This document shows, one piece after another, positions 9,334 to 20,872 of a stretch of 33,828 bases of DNA. Position 1 is the stretch's first letter, and the number at the start of each line of letters is the position of its first letter. The notes below the pieces were generated by a model. It made no database searches and had not been told where the DNA came from. It worked only from the letters and a program-made list of their open reading frames with translations. The DNA comes from Polaromonas sp. (GTDB lineage: Bacteria > Pseudomonadota > Gammaproteobacteria > Burkholderiales > Burkholderiaceae_C), in contig JANOOO010000157.1 of assembly GCA_031421375.1 (NCBI GenBank), forward strand, positions 1 through 33,828. Direction: 5' to 3'. Made by a program: the position numbers and the translations under genes.

Positions 9334-11030
9334 ATCCTGATCACCCGAACCCTGACCTGCCCGGCGAGACCTTGCCAAAGGGGGAGGCAGTCCAAAATTT
9401 GTCTCGCGAAATGGTGTCGGACCATGCGGTTCGCGCTTCATTGGGCCAGGCCGATGAAGGCAAGCCCGCTTCCGATTTCACTCTGGGAAAGACTCCCCCT
9501 GTTTCGCGCCCTGATCTGAGCCCTGACTCGCACCCTGTGCGTAAAGTCCAGGACGCGATCACTGCGATTAAATTTGAGGACGTGGTGACCGGGCGCTTTG
9601 ACGCCGACGAAGCAGACGTGGCGCTTGCGCCGCCCCGGCGAGTTCTGGCGCCCGAGCCCAACTCGCCGAAGCTGCATAAGGTTCTGGCGCAGGCCGGACT
9701 GGGTTCGCGGCTTGAAATGGAGCAGCTGATCCTTGAGGGCCGGATATCGGTGAATGCCGAGCCCGCGCATATCGGGCAGCGCGTGCAGTTTGGGGACTCA
9801 ATCAAGATCAACGGCAAACCGATTCGGGTGCGCATTGACCCACCGCCCCCGCGTGTGATTGCCTATCACAAGCCGGCCGGTGAAGTCGTTACGCACGACG
9901 ACCCGCAGAACAGGCCCACTGTTTTCCGGCGCCTTCCCAAGCTGTTCCAGGGTAAGTGGCAATCCGTGGGACGTCTGGATTTAAATACCGAGGGCCTGCT
10001 GCTGCTGACGAGCTCAGGCGAGCTGGCAAACCGGTTGATGCACCCGAGATTTGGACTTGAACGCGAATACGCCGTTCGTGTGTTGGGCGCAATGACGCTT
10101 GAAGAAAAAAAACGCCTGCTCGAAGGCGTGCGACTTGATGACGGCATGGCCCATTTCACTTCAATCGAAGCGGGAGGTGGCGAAGGCGCCAACTGCTGGT
10201 ATCGCGTCACTATCTCAGAAGGCAGAAATCGTGAAGTGCGCCGAATGTTTGAGGCGGTTGGTCACGCGGTCAGCCGATTGATACGCATTCGTTACGGGGC
10301 CATGCTGCTGCCTCGCGGTCTCAAGCGTGGCGCTTTTGTTGAACTTGAAGACCGCGATATCTGGGCCTTGACCAGTGCGGTTAGCCGCTCCGAATCGCGC
10401 GAAGAAGGCACAGGGTCGCGCCTGGCAGCGCCACCCGCTGGCGAAAGTTCGCGCGGCCCCGAAATCGGTCGCGGCAACAACAGGCAGCGTGATTCGCGCG
10501 CTCAACAGCAGCGCAGGCAAGAGCCATTCGCGGGAAAAAACGCAACACAAGAAGCCGCCCAGGACCATGACCCGCATGAGTTCCAACCGCCTCCCGGTCA
10601 TGGCGAGACTGGTTCGCACTCCGACCCGCGACGCGCTGGGGGAGGCGCTGGCGGCAATGGCAGCGGGCGGGGTCGTGAAAACTCCAACGCCAATGGCAAC
10701 GGAAATAGGCGCGGACGCACGTCGCAACCCGGCCAGCGGTCGGCGGGCGCGCCCAATTTCGGCGACGCGCGGCGTCGCGGTCCGGTCGGTGATCGAATTG
10801 AACGGAACCCCGCTGTTGGACAGCCAGATCCAATGAAAACCTCATTTGGCTATATCGGCGCTGACACGTTTACACGCCAACGCCAGGGCCAAAATCCAAA
10901 GCGTGGTTCCGGCACCAGCGGAGGGTTTAACTCTGTGGGGCCAGGTTCGCGACCGCCGTCAGATCGGGGCTCTGGTGGCGGCAGTCGCGGTGGAAATCGT
11001 GGCGGTCCTGGACGTGGGCGCAATCGCTAA
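9330..11030 (+). CDS. rluB: 23S rRNA pseudouridine synthase RluB with long disordered N- and C-terminal extensions
   Basis: KLHKVLAQAGLGSR S4 domain, VGRLDLNTEGLLLLT, LMHPRFGLEREYAVRV, EGRNREVRRMFEAVG; follows scpB. Confidence 0.92.
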   Translation: MNPDHPNPDLPGETLPKGEAVQNLSREMVSDHAVRASLGQADEGKPASDFTLGKTPPVSRPDLSPDSHPVRKVQDAITAIKFEDVVTGRFDADEADVALAPPRRVLAPEPNSPKLHKVLAQAGLGSRLEMEQLILEGRISVNAEPAHIGQRVQFGDSIKINGKPIRVRIDPPPPRVIAYHKPAGEVVTHDDPQNRPTVFRRLPKLFQGKWQSVGRLDLNTEGLLLLTSSGELANRLMHPRFGLEREYAVRVLGAMTLEEKKRLLEGVRLDDGMAHFTSIEAGGGEGANCWYRVTISEGRNREVRRMFEAVGHAVSRLIRIRYGAMLLPRGLKRGAFVELEDRDIWALTSAVSRSESREEGTGSRLAAPPAGESSRGPEIGRGNNRQRDSRAQQQRRQEPFAGKNATQEAAQDHDPHEFQPPPGHGETGSHSDPRRAGGGAGGNGSGRGRENSNANGNGNRRGRTSQPGQRSAGAPNFGDARRRGPVGDRIERNPAVGQPDPMKTSFGYIGADTFTRQRQGQNPKRGSGTSGGFNSVGPGSRPPSDRGSGGGSRGGNRGGPGRGRNR

Positions 11031-11083
11031 TTGTGCTAACGCAGCGGCTCTGCCCAATCTGCCTTGCGACACTTTCCGCAGGC

Positions 11084-11089
11084 TAAAAT
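11084..11089 (+). promoter_or_regulatory. Putative -10 box for the ndk operon
   Basis: TAAAAT about 55 nt upstream of the ndk ATG, followed by a TGCCCA/TGGGCA hairpin and an AAGGA SD. Confidence 0.35.
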
Positions 11090-11144
11090 ATCAGGTTATG
11101 CCCAAAATTTCTGGGCACTCATAAATCAAGCTCAAGGAAACGTA

Positions 11145-11570
11145 ATGGCAATCGAACGCACTCTCTCAATCATCAAGCCCGACGCGGTTGCAAAGAACGT
11201 GATTGGTCAGATTTATACCCGGTTTGAAGGTGCCGGCTTGAAAGTGGTCGCGGCCCGAATGGCTCACTTGTCGAAGGGCGAGGCCGAGGCTTTTTACGCG
11301 GTTCACAAAGAGCGCCCCTTCTTCAAGGATCTGGTGGCATTCATGATCTCTGGGCCGGTCATGATCCAGGCACTGGAAGGCGAAGGCGCTGTGCTGAAAA
11401 ACCGCGACCTGATGGGTGCGACCGATCCAAAGAAGGCTGACGCCGGAACCATCCGGGCCGACTTTGCTGCCAGCATTGACGCAAACGCTGTTCATGGCTC
11501 CGATGCGGCTGACACTGCCAAGGCGGAGATCGCGTTCTTCTTTCCCGGCATGAGCGTCTTCAGCCGCTAG
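11145..11570 (+). CDS. ndk: Nucleoside diphosphate kinase
   Basis: [30 protein letters not shown] phospho-His motif; 141 aa. Confidence 0.98.
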   Translation: MAIERTLSIIKPDAVAKNVIGQIYTRFEGAGLKVVAARMAHLSKGEAEAFYAVHKERPFFKDLVAFMISGPVMIQALEGEGAVLKNRDLMGATDPKKADAGTIRADFAASIDANAVHGSDAADTAKAEIAFFFPGMSVFSR

Positions 11571-11650
11571 CTATGCCCAACCCTGTGATGGCTGCAGTTG
11601 TTGGAACCGCCGGCCATGTGGGGCGGTCAGACTTGTCCGCAGCGGGCGCA

Positions 11651-12796
11651 ATGACCAATCTCCTGGAGTTTGATCTCGATGGGCTGGCAGCTTTTTGTGA
11701 GAAGTTAGGCGAAAAACGATTTCGCGCCACGCAGCTATTTCGCTGGATACACCAGAGAGGCGCGAGTGAATTTGGCGAGATGACCGATCTGGCGAAATCG
11801 CTTCGGGCCAAGCTGGCCGGGCTTGCCTCAGTTCAATCGCTTGTTCCGGCATCGCGTCACGAGTCCGTCGACGGCACGATCAAGTGGCTGTTTAGCGTTG
11901 GCGCGGGCGACGTGATTGAAACCGTCTTCATTCCGGAGGTTGATCGTGGCACGCTCTGCATCTCTTCACAGGCTGGTTGTGCTGTGGGCTGCCGGTTCTG
12001 TTCGACCGGACACCAGGGTTTCAGCAGAAATCTAAGCACCGGAGAAATACTCTCGCAGCTTTGGTACGTCGAGCATTTCCTTCGGAAAAAGTTCGGCACG
12101 GCGGATCGCGTCATCTCCAACGTGGTCATGATGGGAATGGGCGAGCCCCTGCAGAACTATTCGCAATTGCTGCCTGCGCTGCGTGTCATGCTTGATGACC
12201 ACGCTTATGGGCTGTCGCGTCGTCGGGTGACGGTCTCAACATCGGGCGTCGTGCCCATGATTGATCGGCTCGGTGCCGATTGTCCGGTGGCGCTTGCAGT
12301 GTCGTTGCATGCGCCAAATGATGCGTTGCGGGATTCGCTCGTTCCGCTAAATCGGAAATACCCGATTGCCGAATTATTTGAGGCATGTACGCGCTACCAG
12401 GCTGTGGCTCCGCGCGAATTCGTCACCTTTGAATACTGCATGCTTGATGGCGTCAACGACAGTCTGGCTCAGGCCGACGAGCTGGTGGGGCTAGTTCGGC
12501 TCCACGCCAAACAGGGCTTGTCGTGCAAGTTCAATCTGATTCCTTTTAATCCGTTTCCGGCGTCGGGACTCAAACGATCAAGCATGGCGCAGGTCTCCCT
12601 TTTTGCGCAGGCTTTAATGGATGCCGGCATGGTGACGACTATTCGGAAAACCCGCGGTGACGACATCGATGCCGCCTGCGGGCAATTGGCGGGCGATGTG
12701 CAGGATAGAACCGGTGTGCAGAGCCGAATTGCAATTCAGCGTCAAGGTATGCTCGGGCAATCGAGGGTGATCGTTTTAAACAGGGTGGACGTATGA
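11651..12796 (+). CDS. rlmN: Dual-specificity RNA methyltransferase RlmN (radical SAM)
   Basis: [30 protein letters not shown]; start probably ATG 11651 (ORF extends to 11573). Confidence 0.96.
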   Translation: MTNLLEFDLDGLAAFCEKLGEKRFRATQLFRWIHQRGASEFGEMTDLAKSLRAKLAGLASVQSLVPASRHESVDGTIKWLFSVGAGDVIETVFIPEVDRGTLCISSQAGCAVGCRFCSTGHQGFSRNLSTGEILSQLWYVEHFLRKKFGTADRVISNVVMMGMGEPLQNYSQLLPALRVMLDDHAYGLSRRRVTVSTSGVVPMIDRLGADCPVALAVSLHAPNDALRDSLVPLNRKYPIAELFEACTRYQAVAPREFVTFEYCMLDGVNDSLAQADELVGLVRLHAKQGLSCKFNLIPFNPFPASGLKRSSMAQVSLFAQALMDAGMVTTIRKTRGDDIDAACGQLAGDVQDRTGVQSRIAIQRQGMLGQSRVIVLNRVDV

Positions 12797-13602
12797 GATT
12801 CAAACTCGGCCCGATGTTGATATTTTTCATCCTTCTTGCGGCCCTGTTACAAGGCTGCGTGAGCTCGGGGCCGGGCGCGGTGTCCCGGGGCAGCGGGGGC
12901 GATGTGATGACCGAGTCTGACGAGCCACCCGAGCGTCGTCGGGCGCGTCTGCGGCTGGAGCTTGCAGCCGGTTATTTTGAGCAGGGCCAGACCAACGTGG
13001 CGCTCGATGAAATTAAACAGTCACTGGTGACTGACCCGACTTTTGTCGATGCTTACAACATGCGCGGGTTGGTGTACCTGCGGCTGAACAATTTGCCTCT
13101 TGCTGAGGAAAGTTTCCAGAAGGCACTCTCGCTCAACCCACGAGACCCGGATGTCGCTCACAACTATGGTTATCTGCTGTGCCAGCAGGCCAGGTACGAC
13201 AGCGCATTCAAAATGTTTGCACAGGCGTCGGCCAATCCTGCATACAAAGGAAAGGCCAAGACGCTGATGACTCAAGGCGTGTGCCAGTCCCGCGCCGGAA
13301 GACTCAAAGAGGCCGAGGCCAGTTTGACGCAGTCGTTTGAGCTGGATGCCGGGAATCCGGTCACTTCCTACAACCTTGCCAACCTGCTCTACCAACGCGA
13401 CGAGTTGGTACGGGCGCAGTTTTATATCCGCCGGCTGAACAACAGCGACCTCGCGAACGCCGAAACCTTGTGGCTGGGCATCAAGACCGAGCGCAGGATG
13501 AATAATCGTGACGCGGTGCGGCAACTTGGTGAGCAGCTTAAAAAGCGCTTTTCCGACTCGTCTCAGACCGCGCTTTACGAAAAGGGTGCTTTCAATGAGT
13601 GA
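12793..13602 (+). CDS. pilW: Type IV pilus biogenesis/stability lipoprotein PilW (PilF), TPR
   Basis: Lipobox [24 protein letters not shown] repeats; position between rlmN and rodZ. Confidence 0.9.
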   Translation: MRFKLGPMLIFFILLAALLQGCVSSGPGAVSRGSGGDVMTESDEPPERRRARLRLELAAGYFEQGQTNVALDEIKQSLVTDPTFVDAYNMRGLVYLRLNNLPLAEESFQKALSLNPRDPDVAHNYGYLLCQQARYDSAFKMFAQASANPAYKGKAKTLMTQGVCQSRAGRLKEAEASLTQSFELDAGNPVTSYNLANLLYQRDELVRAQFYIRRLNNSDLANAETLWLGIKTERRMNNRDAVRQLGEQLKKRFSDSSQTALYEKGAFNE

Positions 13603-14596
13603 CGCGCACGGGGCTTCCAGCCTTCGTTCGGATCAGGCCAACGTCGGCGACGATAACTGCGAGTTGACGCCGTCGGCTGGGGCGCTTCTCAAATTGGCCC
13701 GCGAAGCATCGGGTCTGCATATCGCGGCGCTGGCTGTGACATTAAAGATTCCGGTAAAAAAACTTGAGGCGCTTGAGCAGGATCGCCTCGATTTGTTGCC
13801 CGATGCGATGTTTGCCCGTGCATTGGCAAGCAGCGTGTGCCGGAGCCTGAATATTGAACCGGCGCCGGTGCTTCAGCGCCTTCCGCAAACATCGTTTCGC
13901 ACGGCGAGCTTTCATGATCAGCGACCGGTCGTCCCGTTTTATATGACCGGTCGGCGGCAGAACTGGCCTTTTGTCGGTCGGGTCTCGCGCCCTGTACTGG
14001 CGCTGGGGCTGGCCGTGCTGGCGGCTGCAGTGCTGCTCCCTTACCTTTCCGAGATCAAATTAATGAACCTGCTTGTGCTGCAAGGTGTGCAGAGCCGATT
14101 TGCCAGCGTCCCGGCTGTCGAAGAAACCCTCTCGCTCGTTCGAGGTCCAGGTTCAAGCGATGCTACTAACTCAACGACGACGACCGTTCGAGGCATGGCG
14201 GTCGTCAAGGCCGATTTGACCGCCGCTGCGCCAGGTTCGTCAGCATCCCAGTTTCAAGATTCAGCCCGAACGGTCGCTGCTGGTCCAAGCGAGCGCGGCC
14301 TTACCGCCCAGACTTTATCGCCATCCGTTGTGACGATGCCCACCGCATCGCCCGTTGCCGACGCGATGTTGACCCTGACCGCCAGCAAGGAGTCCTGGGT
14401 CAAGGTAATTGACGCCAAAGGCACTGTATTGTTGAGCCGCTTGCTTGTGCCGGGTGAGGTCGTCCAGGCTTCCGGTTCACCGCCCCTTGATGCGGTGATC
14501 GGGCGAGCCGACGTTATGCGCGTGGAAGTGCGAGGCAAGTGGCTCGACCTGGCCCCGCTGAGCCGCGACAACGTGGCCCGATTTAAGGTGAAGTAA
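13595..14596 (+). CDS. rodZ: RodZ-like cytoskeleton protein (HTH, TM, DUF4115)
   Basis: [13 protein letters not shown]...LEALEQD HTH, single TM helix, C-terminal [10 protein letters not shown]...NVARFKVK; synteny. Confidence 0.85.
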   Translation: MSDAHGASSLRSDQANVGDDNCELTPSAGALLKLAREASGLHIAALAVTLKIPVKKLEALEQDRLDLLPDAMFARALASSVCRSLNIEPAPVLQRLPQTSFRTASFHDQRPVVPFYMTGRRQNWPFVGRVSRPVLALGLAVLAAAVLLPYLSEIKLMNLLVLQGVQSRFASVPAVEETLSLVRGPGSSDATNSTTTTVRGMAVVKADLTAAAPGSSASQFQDSARTVAAGPSERGLTAQTLSPSVVTMPTASPVADAMLTLTASKESWVKVIDAKGTVLLSRLLVPGEVVQASGSPPLDAVIGRADVMRVEVRGKWLDLAPLSRDNVARFKVK

Positions 14597-15876
14597 TGCA
14601 GCCCTGCAATCCACAGCCAATTCAGTCGGCTTTCCCGAAGGCGCGCCGTTCATTGCAAGTCAATGTGTCCTGGGGTGCGCGCGTGGTCTCGGTTGGCGGC
14701 GATGCACCCGTGCGGGTGCAGTCGATGACCAATACCGATACCGTCGATGTCATTGGCACGGCGATTCAGGTCAAGGAACTCGCCATTGCCGGGTCGGAGA
14801 TGGTGCGCATCACCGTCAATACGCCAGAGGCCGCCGCCGCCGTTCCCTATGTGCGCGAGCAACTCGACCGCATGGGCATTGACGTGCCGCTGGTTGGAGA
14901 CTTTCACTACAACGGCCATCGCTTGCTGACCGACTACCCGGCCTGTGCCGAGGCATTGTCCAAATACCGGATCAACCCCGGTAACGTCGGCAAAGGACAC
15001 AAGCACGACAGGCAGTTCGGGCAAATGATTGATGTCGCGATGCGCTGGAGCAAGCCGGTACGCATCGGTGTGAATTGGGGAAGCCTGGACCAGGAACTGC
15101 TCGCGCAGTTTATGGACGAAAACAATGCCCGAAGCGAGCCCTGGGATGCGCGCCAAGTCATGTACGAAGCGCTCATCACGTCGGCAACCGAGTCGGCGCG
15201 GCGCGCTGTCGAGATGGGCATGCGGCGCGACCAGCTCATTTTGTCGTGCAAGGTCAGCGGGGTGCAGGACTTGATTTCGGTGTACCGAGAGCTGGCTAAA
15301 CGCAGCGACCACGCGCTTCATTTGGGTCTGACTGAAGCGGGTATGGGCACCAAGGGAACAGTCGCCTCGGCGACGGCGCTGGCGATCTTGCTACAAGAGG
15401 GCATTGGCGACACGATTCGCGTTTCGCTGACGCCGCAGCCGGGTGAAGCGCGAACCCAAGAGGTGCTGATCGCCACCGAACTGCTTCAGGCGCTGGGCTT
15501 GCGCAGTTTTGTTCCGAGCGTCACAGCTTGCCCGGGCTGCGGCCGCACCACCAGCACCACGTTCCAGGTGCTCGCCAAGCAGATCGACGACTTTCTGCGT
15601 GCCCAGATGCCCGTTTGGCGCAAACAATATCCCGGTGTCGAGGCTTTACGTGTCGCGGTCATGGGCTGCATCGTCAACGGCCCGGGTGAAAGCAAGCACG
15701 CCGACATCGGCATCAGCTTGCCGGGCTCTGGCGAAGCGCCTGCAGCGCCCGTATTTATCGATGGCGAGAAGAAGCTGACCTTGCGCGGGGCGAATATTGC
15801 GCAGGAATTCCAGTCTCTCGTCGAAAACTACATTGAAAACCGCTTTGGTACGCAGCGCGTCGCCGAGTCGGTTTGA
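14596..15876 (+). CDS. ispG: HMBPP synthase IspG (GcpE)
   Basis: [50 protein letters not shown]. Confidence 0.97.
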   Translation: MQPCNPQPIQSAFPKARRSLQVNVSWGARVVSVGGDAPVRVQSMTNTDTVDVIGTAIQVKELAIAGSEMVRITVNTPEAAAAVPYVREQLDRMGIDVPLVGDFHYNGHRLLTDYPACAEALSKYRINPGNVGKGHKHDRQFGQMIDVAMRWSKPVRIGVNWGSLDQELLAQFMDENNARSEPWDARQVMYEALITSATESARRAVEMGMRRDQLILSCKVSGVQDLISVYRELAKRSDHALHLGLTEAGMGTKGTVASATALAILLQEGIGDTIRVSLTPQPGEARTQEVLIATELLQALGLRSFVPSVTACPGCGRTTSTTFQVLAKQIDDFLRAQMPVWRKQYPGVEALRVAVMGCIVNGPGESKHADIGISLPGSGEAPAAPVFIDGEKKLTLRGANIAQEFQSLVENYIENRFGTQRVAESV

Positions 15877-15925
15877 ACTGTCCATGACACAACAAGCAAC
15901 TGCCGCGCCGGCAGGAAAGAGCGCT

Positions 15926-17242
15926 ATGGCGAAAGCCGAAAAACTGGCTGCCGTTAAAGGCATGAACGACATTCTGCCGCCCGAATCGGCGCGCTGGGAA
16001 TCGCTTGAGGGCAAGGTGCAACTGCTGATGGCACGTTTTGCCTACCGCAACATCCGCACGCCCATCCTCGAACACACCCGACTGTTCGTGCGAGGCATTG
16101 GCGAAGTCACCGACATCGTTGAAAAGGAAATGTATTCGTTTGACGACCGCGCTGACAAGCAGGGCGCAGCTGACAACCTGAGCATGCGGCCCGAGAACAC
16201 TGCAAGCGTCGTGCGCGCGGTGACTGAGCACAACCTGCTCTATGACGGCGGTAAACGGCTGTTTTACATGGGCCCCATGTTTCGCCGCGAGCGCCCCCAG
16301 CGCGGGCGTTATCGGCAGTTCCATCAGGTCGGTGCCGAGGCGCTGGGCTTTGCCGGCGCCGAAGTCGATGCCGAGGTGATTTTGCTTGCGGCCGCATTGT
16401 GGCAAGAGCTCGGCCTGACCGATTGGCGGCTGGAGATCAACAGCCTGGGTCAACCCGACGAACGCGCCCGCCACCGTGCCGAGCTGATCGCCCATTTCGA
16501 GCGGCATGCCGACGTGCTCGATGAAGACGCTTGCAGGCGTTTGCACAGCAACCCCCTTCGCATTCTCGATAGCAAAAATCCGGCGATGCACTCTGTTGTC
16601 GTCAGTGCCCCGCAGCTGATCGACTTCCTCGGGCCGCAGTCGCTGGCCCATTTCGACGCGCTCAAAGCCATCCTCGACGCCAATGGCGTTGCCTGGACGC
16701 TGAACCCGCGTCTGGTGCGCGGACTCGACTACTACAACCTGACTGTGTTTGAGTTCATCACCGACCGGCTCGGCGCGCAGGGCACGATCTGTGCTGGCGG
16801 GCGTTACGACTACCTGATTGAGCAAAGTGGCGGCAAACCTGCCCCGGCGGTGGGCTGGGCTATGGGCGTTGAGCGCGTGCTCGAATTGCTTGCCGAGCAG
16901 GGTCAGGCGCCGGCGTCGCTGGCACCTGACGCGTATGCCATCGTTGGCGAAGCGGCGGCTTTTCCGGTAGTTCTGCGGACCTTGCAGGCCCTGCGCAGTC
17001 AGGGGGTGAGCGTGCAGATGCATGCCGGAGCGGGGCTCGATTCAACGGGCAGCATGAAGTCGCAGTTCAAGCGTGCGGACGCCAGTGGTGCCCGTTATGC
17101 GCTGGTGTTTGGTGCCGATGAACTCGCTCGCGGCGAGGTGTCGGTCAAACCGCTGCGGACGCCGGACCCGGCTGCCTCGGTGCAGCAAACGGCTAGAGCG
17201 CTGGCTGACGTGGCCGGCTGGGGTGCGCTGCTGAAAGCCTGA
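15926..17242 (+). CDS. hisS: Histidine--tRNA ligase
   Basis: [45 protein letters not shown]; start 15926 (AGGA SD) or 15884. Confidence 0.97.
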   Translation: MAKAEKLAAVKGMNDILPPESARWESLEGKVQLLMARFAYRNIRTPILEHTRLFVRGIGEVTDIVEKEMYSFDDRADKQGAADNLSMRPENTASVVRAVTEHNLLYDGGKRLFYMGPMFRRERPQRGRYRQFHQVGAEALGFAGAEVDAEVILLAAALWQELGLTDWRLEINSLGQPDERARHRAELIAHFERHADVLDEDACRRLHSNPLRILDSKNPAMHSVVVSAPQLIDFLGPQSLAHFDALKAILDANGVAWTLNPRLVRGLDYYNLTVFEFITDRLGAQGTICAGGRYDYLIEQSGGKPAPAVGWAMGVERVLELLAEQGQAPASLAPDAYAIVGEAAAFPVVLRTLQALRSQGVSVQMHAGAGLDSTGSMKSQFKRADASGARYALVFGADELARGEVSVKPLRTPDPAASVQQTARALADVAGWGALLKA

Positions 17243-17312
17243 GCCCGCACCTCGGCCCTCTACAATTGCGGCAAATCATCACGCGCCTTTCATTGGCGAA
17301 AACTCAATTTTT

Positions 17313-17993
17313 ATGGCAAAACATCTCGACCTCGAAGAGCAGGAACAACTCGACGAACTCAAGCATTTCTGGAAAAGTTATGGCAACGCAATCACCGGCG
17401 CTTTGCTCGCTGTAGCCGTCGCTCTGGCTGGCTGGTTCGGATACCAATACTGGCAAACCGGCAAAGCGACGCAAGCGTCCATGATGTACGACGAAGTCGA
17501 GCGGGCGATTCAGTCTGGCGACAGCGCCCGCATTGATCGAGCGCTGGCCGACATGAACGAGCGCTTCAGCGGCACCTATCAGGCCAGGCAAGCCGGGTTT
17601 GTTGCCGCCAAAAGTTATCACGACAAAGGCAACACTGATGCAGCGATAGCCGCGATGACAGCCGTCGTGGCGAAGTCCCCGGACGACGGCTACGGCGCGA
17701 TGGCGCGACTGCGCCTGGCCGGTCTGCTCACTGAGAAAAAAGCCTACGACGACGCCATCAAGCAGCTTGCCGGCTCATTTCCCAAAGATTTTGTGGCGCT
17801 GGCCAATGACCGGCGTGGCGACGTTTTGATGGCGCAAGGCAAAAAGGCCGAAGCCAAGGCCGAATACGAAAAAGCCTACAAAGGCTTCAATGAGAGTTTT
17901 GAGTACCGTCGCCTGGTCGAGATCAAACTCAATGCGCTGGGCGTCGATCTGACCGAGGCCCGTTCAGCCGCCACCACATCCGGTAAAAACTAG
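17313..17993 (+). CDS. yfgM: YfgM-family TPR membrane protein (ancillary SecYEG subunit)
   Basis: DLEEQEQLDELKHFWKSYGN, TM helix, ARLRLA; lies between hisS and bamB. Confidence 0.9.
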   Translation: MAKHLDLEEQEQLDELKHFWKSYGNAITGALLAVAVALAGWFGYQYWQTGKATQASMMYDEVERAIQSGDSARIDRALADMNERFSGTYQARQAGFVAAKSYHDKGNTDAAIAAMTAVVAKSPDDGYGAMARLRLAGLLTEKKAYDDAIKQLAGSFPKDFVALANDRRGDVLMAQGKKAEAKAEYEKAYKGFNESFEYRRLVEIKLNALGVDLTEARSAATTSGKN

Positions 17994-19139
17994 ATGAAAT
18001 TTAAGAAGAATGGGTTGCTTTGGAAACTGTGGCGGGCGCAGGCAGCTATTATTTTAATAGCGACTATGAGCGGCTGCTTCGGCGGTGCGGTCAAGCCCAA
18101 ACCGGCTGAACTGCAGCCCGTGACAGCGCTGGTGGCTGCGCGACAGACCTGGACGACCCGCATCGGGTCCGTCAATTTTCCACTGCAGACCACTGTTGCG
18201 GCCGGAACGGTGGCGGTCGCCAGCGGTGAGGGCGTGCTTGCGCTGCTTGATGCCCAGACCGGGCGCGACATCTGGCGGCTTGCGTTGAACACGCCCCTTG
18301 CGGCAGGCGCGGGTAATGACGGCAAACTCACCGCAGTCGTCACGCGTGAGAACGAGGTACTCGCGGTTCAGGACGGACGCGAAATCTGGCGGCACAAGCT
18401 CAATGCCCAGGCATTCACCTCACCCTTTGTTGCTGGTGGCCGTGTGTTTGTGCTGGCCGCAGACCGCTCGGTCAGTGCTTTTGATGGTCAGTCTGGTGCG
18501 CGGCTGTGGACTCAGCAACGGCCTGCCGAGCCGCTGGTGTTGCGGCAATCGGGCGTCATGCTGTCTGTCGGTGACACGCTGGTCGTCGGTCTGTCCGGGC
18601 GCATGGCCGGTTTGAACCCCACCAACGGCAGCGTGCGCTGGGACTTCGCGCTCGCATCGCCGCGGGGCATCAATGACGTTGAACGTCTGGTCGATCTTGT
18701 TGGGCCGGTCAGCCGTAATGGCGAGACAGTTTGTGCACGCGCCTACCAGGCCAGCATCGGCTGCGTTAACGCCGCGCGCGGCAGTCTGCTCTGGACCAAG
18801 CCGGCAGGTGGCGTCGAGGGCTTGACCGGAGATGACCGCATGCTGTTCGGCACCGAGTCAGACGGCACCGTGGTGACCTGGCGACGCTCCGACGGCGAAC
18901 GCGCTTGGACGACCGACCGTTTGCGCTATCGCAGCCTCACTGCACCGCTGTTGGCTGGACGCTCGCTGGTTATTGGCGATAGGGCCGGCTTCATTCATCT
19001 GCTCTCCCGCGAAGATGGTTCGCTGCTCAACCGCCTGACTACCGACGGCTCTGCCATCGCGGCCACGCCGGTGCTTGCAGGCAACACGCTCGTTGTCGCT
19101 ACACGCAACGGTAATGTTTATGGCTTTCAGCCTGAATGA
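17994..19139 (+). CDS. bamB: Outer membrane protein assembly factor BamB (lipoprotein, beta-propeller)
   Basis: Lipobox MSGC, repeated LDAQTG..W PQQ-like blades, PRGINDVERLVD; synteny yfgM-bamB-der. Confidence 0.94.
   Translation: MKFKKNGLLWKLWRAQAAIILIATMSGCFGGAVKPKPAELQPVTALVAARQTWTTRIGSVNFPLQTTVAAGTVAVASGEGVLALLDAQTGRDIWRLALNTPLAAGAGNDGKLTAVVTRENEVLAVQDGREIWRHKLNAQAFTSPFVAGGRVFVLAADRSVSAFDGQSGARLWTQQRPAEPLVLRQSGVMLSVGDTLVVGLSGRMAGLNPTNGSVRWDFALASPRGINDVERLVDLVGPVSRNGETVCARAYQASIGCVNAARGSLLWTKPAGGVEGLTGDDRMLFGTESDGTVVTWRRSDGERAWTTDRLRYRSLTAPLLAGRSLVIGDRAGFIHLLSREDGSLLNRLTTDGSAIAATPVLAGNTLVVATRNGNVYGFQPE
18033..18061 (+). repeat. Dispersed 29-bp motif, copy 1 (inside the bamB signal peptide)
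   Basis: CGGGCGCAGGCAGCTATTATTTTAATAGC; 24/29 identical to the intergenic copy at 32642-32670. Confidence 0.7.
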
Positions 19140-19170
19140 GCAATGAGCCTCAGAGGCCGAAGATTGATTG

Positions 19171-20508
19171 ATGAAACCCGTAATTGCCCTGGTCGGCCGA
19201 CCCAACGTCGGTAAATCGACCCTTTTCAACCGCTTGACGAAAACACGCGACGCGATCGTTGCCGATTTCGCTGGCTTGACCCGAGATCGCCATTACGGCA
19301 ACGGCTCACTCGGCAGCCACGCCTACATCGTCATTGATACCGGCGGCTTTGAGCCCGACGCCGTCACGGGCATTTACAAAGAAATGGCCAAGCAGACCCG
19401 GCAAGCGGTGGCCGAAGCCGACGTCGTGGTCTTCGTGGTGGATGGCCGAGCCGGCGTCAGTGCGCAGGACCACGACATTGCCGTGTATTTGCGCAAGCTC
19501 GGCAAGCCCTGCGTGCTGGCCGCCAATAAAGCCGAAGGCATGACTGAAGGCGTGCAGCTGGCAGAATTTTTTGAACTGGGGCTCGGCGAGGTATTGCCGG
19601 TTTCCGCGGCGCACGGGCAGGGCATCCGCTCGCTGGTTGAGATGGCTTTTGCGCGGCTCAACCTCCCTGACGACGATGACATTACAGAAGAGCCCGACGC
19701 CTCAGTCATCAAGCTGGCTGTCGCGGGCAGACCGAATGTCGGCAAATCGACGCTGATCAACACCTGGCTCGGCGAGGAGCGCCTGGTTGCCTTTGACTTG
19801 CCTGGCACCACGCGCGACGCCATCTCTGTGCCGTTTGAGCGCGCCGGGCAAAAGTTCGAGCTGATTGACACCGCCGGCCTGCGCCGCAAAGGCAAGGTTT
19901 TTGAAGCCATCGAGAAGTTCTCCGTCGTCAAGACGCTGCAGGCGATTGAAAATTCAAACGTCGTGCTCTTGCTGCTCGACGCGACACAAGGCGTCACCGA
20001 CCAGGACGCACATATCGCGGGCTACATTCTTGAAAGCGGCCGGGCCGTGGTGCTGGCCGTCAACAAGTGGGATGCGGTGGACTCATATCAGCGCGAACAA
20101 CTCGAACGTTCCATTGAAACCCGCCTGGCTTTCTTGAAGTTCGCCGCGATTCACCACATCTCGGCCATCAAGCGCCAGGGTCTGGGGCCAGTCTGGAAGT
20201 CCATCGCGCAGGCGCATGCCTCGGCCAATCGGAAGATGTCCACGCCAGTGCTGACCCGCCTGCTGCTCGAAGCGGTGCAGTTCCAGCAACCGCAGCGCTC
20301 CGGCATGTTCCGCCCGAAATTGCGCTACGCCCACCAGGGCGGCATGAATCCGCCGATCATCATCGTTCACGGAAATTCGCTCGATCATGTGACCGAGTCG
20401 TACAAGCGCTACCTCGAAGGGCGCTTTAGAAAAGAATTCGATCTCGTCGGCACACCGATGCGAATCCAGATGAAAAGCTCGCAAAACCCCTTCACTGAAA
20501 AAGATTAG
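19171..20508 (+). CDS. der: Ribosome biogenesis GTPase Der (EngA)
   Basis: Two [10 protein letters not shown]-loops, DTGG/DTAG, NKAE/NKWD, C-terminal KH-like domain. Confidence 0.98.
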   Translation: MKPVIALVGRPNVGKSTLFNRLTKTRDAIVADFAGLTRDRHYGNGSLGSHAYIVIDTGGFEPDAVTGIYKEMAKQTRQAVAEADVVVFVVDGRAGVSAQDHDIAVYLRKLGKPCVLAANKAEGMTEGVQLAEFFELGLGEVLPVSAAHGQGIRSLVEMAFARLNLPDDDDITEEPDASVIKLAVAGRPNVGKSTLINTWLGEERLVAFDLPGTTRDAISVPFERAGQKFELIDTAGLRRKGKVFEAIEKFSVVKTLQAIENSNVVLLLLDATQGVTDQDAHIAGYILESGRAVVLAVNKWDAVDSYQREQLERSIETRLAFLKFAAIHHISAIKRQGLGPVWKSIAQAHASANRKMSTPVLTRLLLEAVQFQQPQRSGMFRPKLRYAHQGGMNPPIIIVHGNSLDHVTESYKRYLEGRFRKEFDLVGTPMRIQMKSSQNPFTEKD

Positions 20509-20539
20509 GCGTGAGCCTACAAAACCAGCCGTTACCTTG

Positions 20540-20548
20540 TGTTAACTT
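20540..20548 (+). promoter_or_regulatory. Possible extended -10 promoter for hfq
   Basis: TGTTAACTT fits TGnTAnnnT, 34 nt upstream of the hfq GTG. Confidence 0.3.
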
Positions 20549-20582
20549 CAAGGCTCCTCAACTCTTGAACACGGAAAATATC

Positions 20583-20834
20583 GTGAGCAATAACAAAGGT
20601 CAGCTCTTGCAGGACCCTTTCCTCAACACCCTGCGCCGCGAACATGTTCCGGTGTCAATTTACCTGGTCAACGGGATCAAATTGCAGGGTCAGATCGAGT
20701 CTTTCGATCAATACGTGGTTCTCTTGCGAAATACCGTCACCCAGATGGTTTACAAGCACGCAATCTCCACCATCGTTCCGGGCCGCGCCGTGAACTTCTC
20801 TGCCAACGACAACGAAGAAAGCGCATCCAGCTGA
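20583..20834 (+). CDS. hfq: RNA chaperone Hfq
   Basis: [36 protein letters not shown]; GTG start, 83 aa. Confidence 0.98.
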   Translation: MSNNKGQLLQDPFLNTLRREHVPVSIYLVNGIKLQGQIESFDQYVVLLRNTVTQMVYKHAISTIVPGRAVNFSANDNEESASS

Positions 20835-20872
20835 CGTCCGCTGGTGGCCCGAACGGGGCGTCACCGACCGCG

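Noticed and set aside
12816-12846. Possible degenerate fifth copy of the 29-bp motif in the pilW signal peptide (21/31 to copy 4 with one gap)
   Set aside because: Both GCTA/TAGC half-sites are absent, and T-rich hydrophobic codons can explain the similarity; revisit only with a genome-wide profile.
15755-17023. 422-aa antisense ORF opposite hisS (likewise 26519-27397 opposite purA, 31840-32757 opposite ybbA, 7210-8043, 4133-4972)
   Set aside because: Long shadow ORFs are expected opposite GC-rich, codon-biased genes; no recognisable domains or translation signals.
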